This document shows positions 37,501 to 50,124 of a DNA stretch of 64,000 nt, piece by piece. The DNA is taken from positions 68,760,001 through 68,824,000 of the forward strand of contig NW_024704742.1 of assembly GCF_018977255.1 (NCBI RefSeq), in the 5' to 3' direction. How positions within the stretch are numbered: position 1 is the first letter of the stretch; each line of letters starts with the position of its first letter. The DNA is from Callorhinchus milii. Lineage: Eukaryota. A model generated the notes under the pieces. The model was given only the letters and a program-made list of their open reading frames with translations, ran no database searches and had not been told where the DNA came from. Both the position numbers and the translations under genes were made by a program.

Positions 37501-40500
37501 TTTTATAAAGCATGGGCGATCTCTGGATCGTAAGGTTACTACTCATGTCACTTTCTCCACCTGCAGCTTTGATCACATCACCTCCTGTGTTAAATATGCA
37601 TTTTTAAAAATCCCCCCCAATCAAAGGTAAAATAAATGTCGATATTATCCATCAAAACTAAAAAAACAAAAAACAGAAACACTTATGATTAACTACCGAA
37701 AGGCAACATAGCACACTGTCACCCATCAGTAAAGGGAAACAGATATCTTTCTATAGATGGTCTGACTTATCAGCACTCTTGTCACCTTCTCACTCATCAT
37801 GGCAGCGATCTCCTTCACTCCTCAGAGTTCTATAGATTTTCCTCTCAAATCCCTTGATGGCATCTGATTGACTGTGATTCACTCTAACACTTTATTATTC
37901 CCTCTGACAGGCTCCGATTCACTTGGCTATGCTTCAGTTCATCTCTCATTCTATCTTGCAGTCTACAATTCACACCAAAAAAGTGATTAATTCACTTCAC
38001 TGCTGTTCTGGTGCTCGCTGAATGCCTGGAATTGATTTACAACAAATGATAATTAAGGAAGAAGGGAAAAAAATAAATGCTCTGTAGAGAGCCTCCCACT
38101 GGCCAAGTGTGTAATTAACACCATTTGGTGTCTTATTAAAATACTATCTGCCGGCCTGGCTCAAGAGGTGTCACTTTTGCTTCTGAGTCAGATACTTGTA
38201 GGTTCAAGCCCTACATCAGGACTTTGAACTCATAGTCTTGGCTGACACTCCAATGTAGTACTTGGGATGTGCTGCATTGTTAATGGTGCCATCCTTTGGG
38301 TGAGACTTTGACCTATGATCCTTGTCTGCCTATTCAGGTGGATGTTAAAGATACCATTAAAAATACCATGGCTCTTCTATTCAAAAAGCGAAGGAGGTTT
38401 CTCCCAGTGTACTGGCCAACAATCACCCAGATAAACAAATGAACATTTATGTGCATAGATTGGCAGTCATGTTTGCCCACCTTCAAATCATACCAGAAGA
38501 CTTTCTTCTTCAACCTTGAGTTCAGTCACCTCCCCTTTCTTTCTAGCTCGGTGGCAAACCACACCACTGTTAAGCACTGTGTGAAGTGCTTGCGTGAAGG
38601 GTCCTGTATAAATGCGAGTTGTTGTTGTTAAGAGGTGCAAAAATGGAGAAGGATCGTGCCCGCAGACTATGCCATGCGGACAGGAGGAATGCCCCTCTCG
38701 TCTGCCTCGGTTTATAGTTCCTTTTTCATCAGCTCCCACTGTTAAGATTCACACAACTTTAAACAAATCCCTTTTCATGTTTCTCCTAACACGGCGCCTC
38801 CTGGGAGCCTATTAAACTATCAAAATGTCATGTCTCTCTTGTGAAAGAGCTAGCCAGAGCCACATGAAGCACTTTTCATTCTCAGAAGGACAACATTGGA
38901 GTTGCTCTTTTCTTCATTCTCCTGCAACTTGTGACTTACTGTACCTTCATACAAATGCATAATGTGTAAATCAGCGATACTACAGACTGATCATTGCCTT
39001 TCCCCACCTACGTTTGTCATATTGATGGGCGAACACACATTATTCCTTTCAGCCAGTCAAGGTCAGGTTGCTTGTAGGGAGGTCTTTGCTCGACAAGACA
39101 AAACTGTTTTAATCAAAGTGACCTCCTCCCCCGACCCCCACCTCCGTGCTCTCTTTCTTCAATTTTGGTCAGCCTGATGTCATATGCAGAAACCCATCAT
39201 CATGCTTAAGAGTATCCAAATCAAACAGAATTCCATGCATCTCAGATGTACATTGGAAATCCCAGAAGTAGATTGTTGGAGTGGAATGTGCACTCTCTCC
39301 CTGTAGGGACGCAAACGTAATAAAAGTGAAAACAGAAAAGGCTGGAATTGCCCTGACAGGTCACTGAGTGGAAGAAAGAGAAACAAAGGGTGCATTTGCT
39401 TTTCAGGCCTGGTCTGACTGACATGCTATGAGTTTTCAGTACTCTCAGGTTATTTGAAACACTGGGTATTTCAAGAACTGGTTACACAGCAGGCTGCGGT
39501 GGGGCCGATTGAATGGGCTGAGGTTACTCATCCCTTTGCCTTACTGCCTCGAATTGAAGGTAACATAGAAGCAAATTATTGCTTGGCTCATTCGGTAGCA
39601 CTCTCATCTCTGGGACAGAAGGCTCGATTTGTGGAGGCCATTCATAATTCTAAACCTGACCCTCCCCTGATTTCGACATAATTTCTTTTAAGAAGTAATC
39701 CTGCCATCCTTGAGACATCCTCCCACATGAAAGGAGCTATATAAATACAATTTGTTGCTGGCTTTTGACTTTGTGGACACAGTCATCAATCTTGTCTCTC
39801 ATCCCCGTATTTGAGCGCTAAAGATATTCAGGGCCACATATTGAAAGGAGGTCTTGGGGGCATGAGATGTGAGAGGCTTCATATGTCGATTGGCATGCCA
39901 ACAGCGAACTGGGCCTTTTAACCTTCAACATTGATCAGTTTTCTTCTATAAAACATACTTCACATTGCATGTGAAGATGCCCTAGAAATGCAAATTATTA
40001 CTGCTGCTGGGTATGGTTCCACAGGCGTCATCTGCCATCTCCCCTTAATACATACTTGAGCCATCTCAAGTGTCCTGTAGCATAGTGGTTAGAGCACTCG
40101 CCTCAAAAGTGAGACCCAGGTTTGATTCCCGGCCAGGGGTGAAACCTTAGGCATATTTCCTTACTCCACCTTCCCTGTTTACCTGTCAGTAAGTAGGAAC
40201 CCTGTAATTAGTCGATTGACGAATTGCTTTCCGGAGGTAATAATTTTTTAAATAAAAATAAAATCCATGACTGTTTGTGGGACACTGTTGTGTGCAATTG
40301 GCTGCTCCGTTTCATCTACAAAATCAATTCACTTTATAGTATATTCTGTGAAGCGCTTTGAGACGTCTCAATGACGTGCTAAGGCGCTATATCAAATGCA
40401 AGGATTATTATCACAATGAGAGTTGGCAGGACTGATCACAAGGTAGCATTCATGGCGTGCCCCAATCCTGCCCTCCAAGTGTCCACACATACACACGCAC

Positions 40501-42694
40501 CTCCAGTCACTCAATTATGATCAGGAATAAGAACCAGGTCTCTCCTTACCTTGACGTATATTACAGCACTCCAACCAAACTTTCAGCTGAATTCATCATG
40601 CGAGGTTTGGTATCCAGCCTGTGTGGAGTTTCTACTCAGTGACTGAGCTGTCGGGCGAGGCTTATTATCTTCCTTGAACATTAACTGAAATGACCTCCTG
40701 TAACTTTTGCGGATGCCCTGCAGTGCATAATGCAATTATGCCTCACTATGTTGTGTCACCCAGAAGCTTTCAGCTGAGACAATTTGAAGTGGTGAAGTGC
40801 ACAAAGGTTGTCTCCTGCTTTGCTTCCACTTTGTGCTGTCAGTTACAGTACGCTAATTGCTCACATCTCTGGGCCTGTGCTTGGGTCTGCATTCGTCTCG
40901 CTTAAGAAATGGTGATGGTACAAGTATCATCAGTGCTCTCCTAGACCCATAGATTTTTCGGCAAACAAAGATTCCATTCAACCCGCCGGGTCTGTGTTAA
41001 TGCTCATTCCTCTATTGGAGAAAAGTATCACATAAACGTCTTCACGTTAAAGTATCTTAAAGAGCTTTGTCCACAGAAACGGTCACTGCACTGATAATTG
41101 CTGTCAAGCACTTTGAGACTTTCAGCATATAACTCATCTATGAAAATACTCCTTGTCTTGCAAGCATTGAGTGCTTGTAATTGGCAAAGAAGTTTTGTGC
41201 AAAACAATTACACGTTTCACCATGTGCACTGAAATTAACACAGTAGAATTAAGAATGGGACTTTGAGTCGATGGACCAGGCTGACTCCAATGCAGTGCTG
41301 AGGGAATGCTGTTATTATTGGAGGTGCTTTCCTTCCAATCATACGTTAAATCCAGGTCCCATCTGCTTGTTCGGTGGACCCTAAAGATCCCTTGGGACTA
41401 TTTGAAAAGCGAATGGAGTTTGTCCCAGCGACGCAGCCAACAATCGCTCATATATGAGGGCTTCGCCCTGCCCAGGAATCAAACCCGGGTCCTCTTGCTT
41501 GCGAGGCAAGCATGCTAACTACTTCGCTTTAGGAATCCACATTAAAGCGCTTCGCTGGATTCATTCACTCTGTGGCTTTCCATGAGAACATTACTGCGTG
41601 CAACCTGCTGTTTGCCTACAAGTACTTCACAGTGAAAAAATTCAATGAAAAGCTTTGAGACACTTTGAGGTAATAAGGCAGGCAGTACACAAGGATTATT
41701 ATTGTATATACTATCCCACGTGTTATATTAATTTGACCAGCTATATTGAGACTGATTGAGAAATCTTCGGCAAGCACATGGCACCAGTTATGTTGTGAAC
41801 ACAACAAAAACAAAAAACAACAACGAATTATTAGCATAATTCCGTTAATCAATTTTCAATTCCCCTAATTTTTTGCACCGAAAAACTGCCTTATTATTTA
41901 ATAAGCAAAATGGCTATGGGCGTTTCCCCAGTCTCGCCATTTGGATTCCACGTAGCTTTTTACGTGCTACAAGAAACTCATTAGCAGAGTTCAAATCCAC
42001 CTGAAGCTCCCAGATATCAAATCTTTTCCCCGGCAGATGTGAGACAGCAGTGCAGTTGTTTCACACTCCTGTGTTCATTAACAGAAATTAACCTTTTGGC
42101 AAAAATCCTTTCAAAGTGACTTGCATTTCCTTCAAGAAAGACAGCTTCTCCATGTTATATAATTCCTGAGCTTCAAGAAACTGAAATTCTTTTTTTGGTC
42201 AGCCAGGGGTGTGACACATGTGTAAACCCATCACCATGTTTAAGAGTATCCAAGCCAAACTGAGGAATTCCATGCATCCCACCTACACATAGAAATTCTC
42301 TCTCTCTCTCTCTCCTTAGATCTGCTAACCCCATACCGGCTTGTCTGCTCCATCCGCTCGTCAGACTCTGGCTTACACCATGTCCCCCACCCTGCCTGGC
42401 TGAAAGGGGTTGGGCCTTCAGCCTCACTCCCCCCATCCTTTGGAACTCCATACCACATTCCCTTTGCCTCGCACCCCTCCCTTGCCTCCTTCAGGGCCCA
42501 TCTCAAGACCTTCCTGTTCGACTGTGCCCTCGATCACCCTTCTACTCCCTGTCCTCCATCCCTTCTGATCTCTACCCCCAGCTCAGTTCAAAACCCTGAC
42601 TATCCTGCGTCTTGGGACGTACTCCTGATGTGAAAGGCACTAAACAAATCTAATTTGTTGTTAATGTTGTAGTGTCAACAACTTGGATTTTGGA
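28575..42694. repeat. Copy 2 of the ~14.2-kb direct repeat (probable false duplication)
   Basis: Begins gttttttttaaagagcaatcc (=14267) and runs to cttggattttgga (=28473), then continues into unique sequence; its first ~2.8 kb has many 1-bp deletions relative to copy 1. Confidence 0.98.
34036..34170 (+). CDS. ctnna2: Catenin alpha-2 internal exon (135 nt), copy 2, identical to 19822-19956
   Basis: Same AG/GT sites and the same 45-aa translation. Exon identity is firm; whether two genomic copies really exist is doubtful. Confidence 0.93.
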
Positions 42695-43314
42695 TTTATA
42701 TAGTGCCCTCCACGCCGGACGGCACTATATAAGTGTCGCACCCTGCTTCTCTAATTCCAGAGAGTATTAGGTGCAAGCTGGCAAGAGCCAAGGTTTGTTG
42801 AGATAACTGCTAGAATTTAACCAGATAAAACTGCATAGGTTACTATTGAATGCACTATCTGGCAATTTGCCCTGCTAGTGTTACCTCACCTGTTGGGGCT
42901 TTATCTTATAGAGGTAACAGGAGCTGAATGAGAAATATCCCCAATAGAATCATAGAATCCTACAGCATGGAAGAGGTCATTTGCCCCATCGTGCCTCTTC
43001 CAGCTCTTTGAAAGAGCTACCAACTAGTCCCACTCCCATAGCTCTGCAAATTCTTTCTTTTTAAGTACCTATCCAATTCCCTTTTGAAAGCTACTATCAA
43101 TCTGCTTCCACCAACCTTTCAGGCAGTGCACTCATTTGTCATATATCTTAAGTTTGTGTCCTCTAGTTTCCAAACCATCCGTCAGAGGAAACCAGATTAC
43201 ATCATAGCTGCTCCTCCAGAAATTGAAATTTCTTAATGAATGTGTATCCTGCTTTAGGAGCACAGCAATCAAACATAATAGCAGCTCTATAGCCTCTAGG
43301 TTTCTGTAAAGGCA

Positions 43315-43725
43315 TCAGTCGCTTTGCCCAAGTAGCACTCTCGTCTCAGAGTCACAAGGTTGTAGGTTCAAGCCCTACATCAGGACTTGCAACGTTTATG
43401 GTCCCTGCAACAAATACCGTGTTGTTGGAGGTGCCGTCATTCGTATGAGTCATTAACCTGAGGTCCTGTCTGCCTATCCAGCTGGATGTTAAAGATCCCA
43501 TGGCACAATTCAAAAAGAGAAGGGGGGTTTTCTTGGTGTCCTGGCCAACAATTCCCCCTCCCCCCACCCACACACATACCAAAAAATAATGAAAAACTGT
43601 GTATGGGTCATTGCCATGTGGAAATTGGCTACTGCTTTCACCCACAAAATACACAGTCACTCCACTTTATTGTTTTCTGTGAAACTCTTTGGGACATCCT
43701 CCCTATGTGGAAGGCTCTTGTAAGA
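43315..43725 (+). mobile_element. Deu-domain SINE
   Basis: gtagcactctcgtctcagagtcacaaggttgtaggttcaagccc head; ggaggtgccgtc...ggatgttaaagatcccatggcac...ggtgtcctggccaac; tail ttgggacatcctcc. Confidence 0.85.
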
Positions 43726-43727
43726 GC

Positions 43728-44150
43728 ATAAGAATTTACTTGGCAGAAGAAGACCAAAGTCCATCTAGTTCGCCTTCCACTATCCCAGCACTCACTTGAC
43801 ATGTCGTGTCCCAAACTATATACTGTATCCTGAGATATTATTTTCTAGCAGAAATGTATCTAATTTGATATCTAACATATAGCCTGTTCCATAAGTTTAC
43901 TACTCTCTCACTGAAGTAGTGTTTCCGCAGATTTGTTCTGAATTTACCCCCACTTCAATCACAGGCCTTGTCCTCTAGTTCTACTGTTCACTACAAGATA
44001 AAACAGCTTATTGTGGTCTATATTATCTATTCGCTTCAGAATCTTAAAGACCACAATCATATCGCCCTCAACTTTCTCTTCTCCAGTGTGAACATGCCCA
44101 GTTTATCTAATCACTCCCCATAGTCCAGTCCCTCCATCCCCTCAATCATT
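43728..44150 (-). mobile_element. CR1-type LINE 3' fragment (diverged subfamily)
   Basis: Reverse complement reads LFTLEKRKLRGDMIVVFKIL; terminus agaccaaagtccatctagttcgccttcc mirrors 63630-63660(+). Confidence 0.75.
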
Positions 44151-45349
44151 TTGTGCCAGTTGTAAGGATTATAATTTATTATTATTTTTTATCTGAACCT
44201 ATCAAAATGTACCATTGGATCTTTAACGTCCACCTGAACAGATTAATGTCTAATCTGAACGATGGAACCTCTTTCTACCTAAACTATTGGCTCAGACCTC
44301 ATCAAAGGGCTTGAACCCACAGCCTTCTGGTCCAGAAGTGAGAATGCTACCAACTGAGCCAGGCTGACAGTTGGAGGGGTAAAGGGATCAACTGAGTTGG
44401 GATGGACACATTGGGGTGCCAGTTTGCGATATTTGTAAAAAGCATGGGAAGCGCTAATCACAATTTTCCATTTTGGAAAAATAAATCCTGTTTGTTCAAC
44501 GAGAGAGAAATATTTGGAAATGTCGAACAAGTACATCAACAGGCAAAAGCGTGATGCAATTCCAAATAACAATTGTGTACTGTGATGGGAGAGTTAATGT
44601 ACTGGATGGCTAGCTTCACTGAGCTGGATTGCCTTCTCTTATATTCCAGTCTCACGCACTGTAGAACTGACATACAAATAATAACCTTATCTTCCTTCAG
44701 CTCTGTTTGTGAATATCACAGACATTAAGAGATGCAGTGTTGGTGCTGGGAAACAGAGTTCTTTTCTATTTCAGGCCCCAAAAGAGTCAGCATTAAGCAT
44801 TCCCAGGTACAGGCCTGACAAGCAAAGCACTGCTTCCCCTGGACTATCCCAACAATGAACTTCAGCCCTAACCTCAGGTCTACTGTTTAGCTGTAATAAT
44901 AATAATCCTTTCATTTGATGCGCCTTATCACGTTGTTGAATCATCTCAAAATGCTTCACAGAATATACTGTAAAGTGAATTGACTATATTTTGTGGGTGA
45001 AATGTGGTAGCCAATTGTGCACAACAGTGTCCCACAAACAGTCGTGGATTGAGTGACCAAATTATTATATATATTTAGTGCAAACCCAAGTCCCAGAGTT
45101 GAAAGGCCAGTGTACACTGTCAAATGCCATACAAGCCTTAGACTTGTTTCCAAATACGATTCCCGAATATTCCACACTGATCTTTTTAAGGATGATTTAT
45201 TTTTACTGTAAATTAAATACAGATCACTGATGGATAAAAGCATAACATTACTTAGCCATTAACTACTTAAATTTATCTTTTTGAACAAATTTAATTCATT
45301 AGTCTTTTATATACATGCACGTCATCTGTCTCCACTAATTATCCAGAAC

Positions 45350-45712
45350 ATTGAACTCACAGTCTCGGCTGATTCTCCAGTGCAGTGCTTGTTGGAGCAC
45401 TGCATTGTCGAAGGTGCCGTCCTTCAAATGTGGTAAAACTGGGATCCCAACTGCTTGCTCTGGTCCGAAGTTAAAGATCTCATTGTGCTAGTCGAAAAGA
45501 GAAGGGAGTTTCTCCTGGTATGGTGTGCTGGACAACAATCCTCCCAGATTAAAAACAGATTGGTCATTTAGTTCACATTGTTTTGTGGAAATTGGCTGCC
45601 GCGTTTGTCCATAAATACAGTCACTACACTTTACTGTAAGATCATGTGAAACACTTTGAGGCATCTTCCCAGCATGAAAGACACTATCAAAGTGCAAAAA
45701 TTGCATTATTGT
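45350..45712 (+). mobile_element. Deu-domain SINE, 5'-truncated
   Basis: cactgcattgtcgaaggtgccgtccttc, gttaaagatc, gggagtttctcctgg, aattggctgccgcgtttg, tail tgtgaaacactttgagg. Confidence 0.78.
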
Positions 45713-45714
45713 TC

Positions 45715-45870
45715 AATAGTTAATAATCATCCTTACATTTGATATAGCGCCTTTCACATCGGGAGGACATCTCAAAGCCTTTCACAGAATATACTGTAAA
45801 GTGTAGTAAGTGAATATTTGCGGGTGAACACAGCAGCAAATTCGCACAGAGCAAAGGCCCACAATCAGCC
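45715..45870 (-). mobile_element. SINE 3' fragment, tail-to-tail with the previous element
   Basis: atccttacatttgatatagcgcctttcacatcgggaggacatctcaaagc is the reverse complement of the shared tail. Confidence 0.85.
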
Positions 45871-45986
45871 GAGAGGTGAATAAATCCTGCGAAGCGCTTC
45901 GAGATGGCATTGTATTGCATGATTGTTATTCTGTTAATCACGTGACCCTCCGATAAAGCAGTAAATGGTCTCCGTCTCCTCCGCAG

Positions 45987-46274
45987 TTGGACAGCGCCAC
46001 CTCCCTGATCCAGGCTGCCAAGAACCTGATGAATGCCGTGGTTCTGACCGTGAAGGCGTCATACGTGGCCTCCACCAAGTACCAGAAGGTGTACGGCACA
46101 GCCGCAGTCAACTCCCCTGTGGTCTCCTGGAAGATGAAAGCCCCTGAGAAGAAGCCCCTGGTCAAGAGAGAGAAGCCCGAAGAATATCAGACCAGGGTCC
46201 GGAGAGGATCACAGAAGAAGCACATCTCCCCTGTGCAGGCCCTAAGCGAGTTCAAAGCGATGGACTCCTTCTAA
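45987..46274 (+). CDS. ctnna2: Catenin alpha-2 (alpha-N-catenin) terminal coding exon
   Basis: Acceptor tctccgtctcctccgcAG; translates LDSATSLIQAAKNLMNAVVLTVKASYVASTKYQKVYGTAAVNSPVVSWKMKAPEKKPLVKREKPEEYQTRVRRGSQKKHISPVQALSEFKAMDSF-stop. The KKHISPVQ...AMDSF ending is the CTNNA2 form (CTNNA1 ends HVNPVQ...MDSI). Confidence 0.98.
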   Translation: MDSATSLIQAAKNLMNAVVLTVKASYVASTKYQKVYGTAAVNSPVVSWKMKAPEKKPLVKREKPEEYQTRVRRGSQKKHISPVQALSEFKAMDSF

Positions 46275-46822
46275 CGATAATCCTGCCTCTGAAGTGGTGA
46301 ACGATACCTACATTAACAAAATAAGGGTTCAGAATGCTTCTTGTTATAAGACGTAATGTCTGAGTCTATTAGCTTAAAGGGCTGGCTGAGTCTTGGATCA
46401 ATTGGGACCAATTCGATATAATTAACAAAGGATGGGGGTTCATTTAAATTATTTTTAAAAAATGGAGTGAAACAATTTGAGCCTTGCCTTGCCCGTGACG
46501 ATTATTTCTTGAAACAGGGGAAAAAAATATCGGAAGGAACTGAGAATGGTTTAAGAGCTTCCTGATCTGATCAATCTTCTGTTGTGTGTTAATCTATAAG
46601 ACCGTGATATCTATGCTTGTATGTTATAGTTAATACAATACTGGACATTGAGGTCTGATATGTGGGATTTTCTAATGGGATTCATTCGAATGATTGCTTC
46701 AGAGCAACCCAAGCAAGCTATTTTCCCTGAAATCTTACCTAGCATTTTGACTTAAACATTTAAAATGAGGCAGGATTTGTGATAAAACCCAGCCCTAATT
46801 TTGAAGCGGTTTTCATTTTGTT

Positions 46823-46990
46823 TCTCAATCCACGACTGTTTGTGGGATATTGCTGTGTTTAATCGGCTGCCGCAATTGGCCCACAAGATATACAATTAAT
46901 TCACTTTACAGTATATTCTGTGAAGCGCCTTGAGACATCTCAAAGACATAATACTGCGCTAAATCAAATGCAAGGATTATTAATGTTATT
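46823..46990 (+). mobile_element. SINE 3' fragment within the probable ctnna2 3' UTR
   Basis: ctcaatccacgactgtttgtggga...tgtgaagcgccttgagacatctc...tcaaatgcaaggattatt. Confidence 0.85.
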
Positions 46991-47401
46991 ATCATATTTC
47001 ATTTGGTAAACCAATTTCCAGATTGAGGATGAGTTCAACACAGTCTGAGTCAGACATTATTTTGTAACCAGAAGGAATCACTTCTTAAGGAATCCCGTTG
47101 GAAAACATTGCATGTCAGACCTCGCCTCAAGCAAAGCAGACATTTCTTCTCAGCTGTTTGATGATAGTGGAAGCACAAAGTGTAACTCCAATTGCCTTTT
47201 ATTTATTTTCGAATGATTACGTATGACTGATTGTGTGTTTAAAATGAAACAGTGGTTTATTCTGGGGACTTTGGTCAGTATTCCACAGCCCTAAATCACA
47301 GGAAAGTAACCAGGCTAACAGTGTCTGTGTTGTCCAAGCGCTGTAACTTATACTGTATTTTGAACAGAACGTGTTGTCCCTAATGACAGGCTAACCTATG
47401 A

Positions 47402-47655
47402 AATAAACAGTCACCATGCTAAAAGTGCGCCAGGGAAATTGTGTCACTGGAACATGGAGGATCTTAGGAATAAATGCTTATGACGTGACTCTTTCACGCT
47501 CACACAAGGAATGCTGTGACTCAGATAGAGTCAGAGTCAGATAGACTAGAGGTCTGTGTTAGATGGAAGGTACCAGTGGATTGATGTAGAGGCTTGGTTT
47601 GCCTGAACTTTAGATGATTATTCTGTCGTTGTGTTCACCCAAAAGCTGAAATAAA
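47402..47655 (+). promoter_or_regulatory. Candidate polyadenylation signals for ctnna2 (AATAAA at 47402, 47469, 47650)
   Basis: First canonical AATAAA hexamers I found after the stop codon, at the end of a mostly unique AT-rich tract; usage not demonstrated. Confidence 0.5.
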
Positions 47656-47717
47656 CTCTTCACCCATCCTGCTCATGTGGCTCTCTTTCTTACTTCTTTC
47701 CTTGGATAATCCCAGAT

Positions 47718-48160
47718 ACAACAACAACTTGGATTTATATAGCGCCCTCCACGCCAGACGGCGTCTCAGAGCGCTTTACAGTTTAGGATCCCGGGACCGA
47801 GCCAGGGGGAGGGGGAGGAAGGTGACCAAAGGCGCGGTCGAAAAGAAAGGTTTTCAGCAGAGACCTGAAAATGGGACGGGAGGGAGCGAGACGAAGGGAG
47901 TGAGGAAGGCAGTTCCAGAGTCTCGGGGCATAGCGGCTGAAGGCACGGCCGCCGAGGGTGGAGCGGAGGACTCAGGGGACAAGGAGGAGGCCAGACCTGG
48001 AGGAACGAAGACCACGGGTACTGTCCTGAGGAGAGAGGAGGTCAGAGAGGTCGGGGGGTGCAGAGGAGTGCAGGGACTTGAATACGAGGGTGAGGATCTT
48101 GAAATCGATCCTCTCTGGGATAGGGAGCCAGTGCAGTCTGGCAAGGACTGGGGTGATCAG
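47718..48160 (-). mobile_element. L2 LINE 3' fragment (second subfamily, CpG-rich)
   Basis: ITPVLARLHWLPIPERIDFKILTLVFKSLH in ORF 47972-48274(-); caacaacaacttggatttatatagcgcc tail. Confidence 0.9.
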
Positions 48161-48549
48161 GACCCATATATCTATGGGTCCATGCTCATTAGCACAGAAA
48201 GGCATTTGAATGGATTTTTTTCTCTTTGTGGGTTTTTTTAACATCCATTTCTTCCCCACTCCTCCCCGTTCCAAGAGGGGACTGAATAACTGTCATTGTT
48301 TACTAACTCGTTCGCCCCACCCACCTCGCAGGACTGATCCACTCTTGGCACACAAGATCTTCAGTATTTTGTCCCCAGGGAAAATCTCCCAAGTACTCCT
48401 CCTTGCAGAATACCACCTATCATCCCATTTCTACATCATACTGCCCACAGCCACCCTTCTTGTCCCAGTCGTTAATTACCCCCAAGGTAAAGAATACTTC
48501 CTGGTGTCTGCCCTGAAATTAAGTTTAATTCAAATCTGAAATTAAATCT

Positions 48550-48965
48550 GTCCCACACTCAACTTCGTGAGAGGATCACCCCTCTCTTTGCCTGACTCCA
48601 CTTGATCCCCATCCCTAAGAAGATCAAGTTCAACATCTCTGTCCTCACCTTTGAAGCCCTCCACAGTCTTACTCCTCCCTACCTCTGTGACCTATTAAAA
48701 CTTCAGCAACCTGTCCACCCACTCCGCTCAGCAGGCACTGGCCTACTCCATGATCCCCACCCTGCCTGCTCCACTATTGTTGGTCGGACTTAAGGCTTTC
48801 TGCCCCCACCCTCTGGAACTCTATGCCAGAGCCCCTTCGTCTCACCCCCTAACTTGCCTCCTTCAAGGCCCATCTCAAGAGTTTCATTTTCAACTGTGCA
48901 TCCAGTCAACTTCCCACCTCCCAATCCCCCTTGCCCTCCACCTCTCTCTGATCCCAACCTGCAGC
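48550..48965 (+). mobile_element. L2 LINE 3' fragment (older)
   Basis: IPIPKKIKFNISVLTFEALHSLTPPYLCDLL...PLRSAGTGLL in ORF 48602-48793. Confidence 0.8.
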
Positions 48966-49250
48966 TTGGGTTGCTTCCTTACTCCACATACCTTTGTTTA
49001 TCTAGCAGTAAGTAGGAACCCAGCTGTTAGTCGATGTGTGGATCGCTTTAACCCTTCAAAATAAATTAATAATAAAGCAATAATTGGTCACTCAATCCAC
49101 GACTATTTGTGGGACACTTCTGTGCGCAATTGGCTGCCGCATTCCGCCCACAAAATATACAGTCAATTCACTTTACAATATATTCTGTGAAGCACTTTGA
49201 GACTTCTCAAAGTGATAAGGCGCTGTATCAAATTCAAGGATTATTATTAA
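48965..49250 (+). mobile_element. tRNA-derived SINE, long subfamily, head missing
   Basis: ttccttactccaca...tagcagtaagtaggaacc body and family tail. Confidence 0.85.
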
Positions 49251-50124
49251 AAGCACAGATATTAATGGTGGATAGAGGAATGGTGAGCAAATAGTGGACC
49301 AGAAACATCCCTGTTTCCAATTCTACAACTTTCTGGGACAGAGAGTCCCACATCTTCACAAGTTTCTATGTGAAGAAATGTTGAAGAATTGTATCACTAA
49401 AAACGCAATCTTAGAAATCCTATTCGTAAAGTAACTGGCCACTTACCCAGCTCTTTGTTATAGATGTTAATCAATACATCATTATTACATCATTAAGAGT
49501 TAATAAGCATAATTTACCTACATGCTCTTGTCTATGAGCAGTGAGGTTGATTTACAGCTATGTGCTGTTCTATCTTCAATTAAGTCTCCATGGAAATGCC
49601 TTGATAGCTCTTCAATGTCAAACTTGTGATTTTTTTTAGAGTGCTTGGGAAATTCATCATAATGCAATCCAATCCAATATTACCCTTCATATCAGGAGGA
49701 CGTCTCAAGGTGCTGGACTATCCATGGTTTGAGTCAGGGTCGAGGCAGTTTGGGCAGCAAAAGGGGTAAGGGGGAAAATATGGGCGAAAGTGTGGTAAAG
49801 AGGAATATCTTGAAGTGGACCGTGATGGAGATGAGGGAACGGGAGAGTTTAAGGGATTCTGGGTTGTGATTCCAGAGAGTGGGGGCAGATTACAAAGTTG
49901 CCACAGAACCAGTACAACCAGAGCTCAGTCTGTCTCCTCGTCTCCACCTCACATTAGAGCTGAAATGGTTTGGCAATGGAATATTACAATCAAGTCAATC
50001 CTCTGTGGCGGTCTTTCTTGATAATTCAGTTTCTGAGCCAGGTGAGTCCGCAATACTCCAGGGCACAGCTGATAACAGCACAGCCAGCCTGGTACATCAG
50101 CAGGCCTTGAAGGGACAGACCAGT

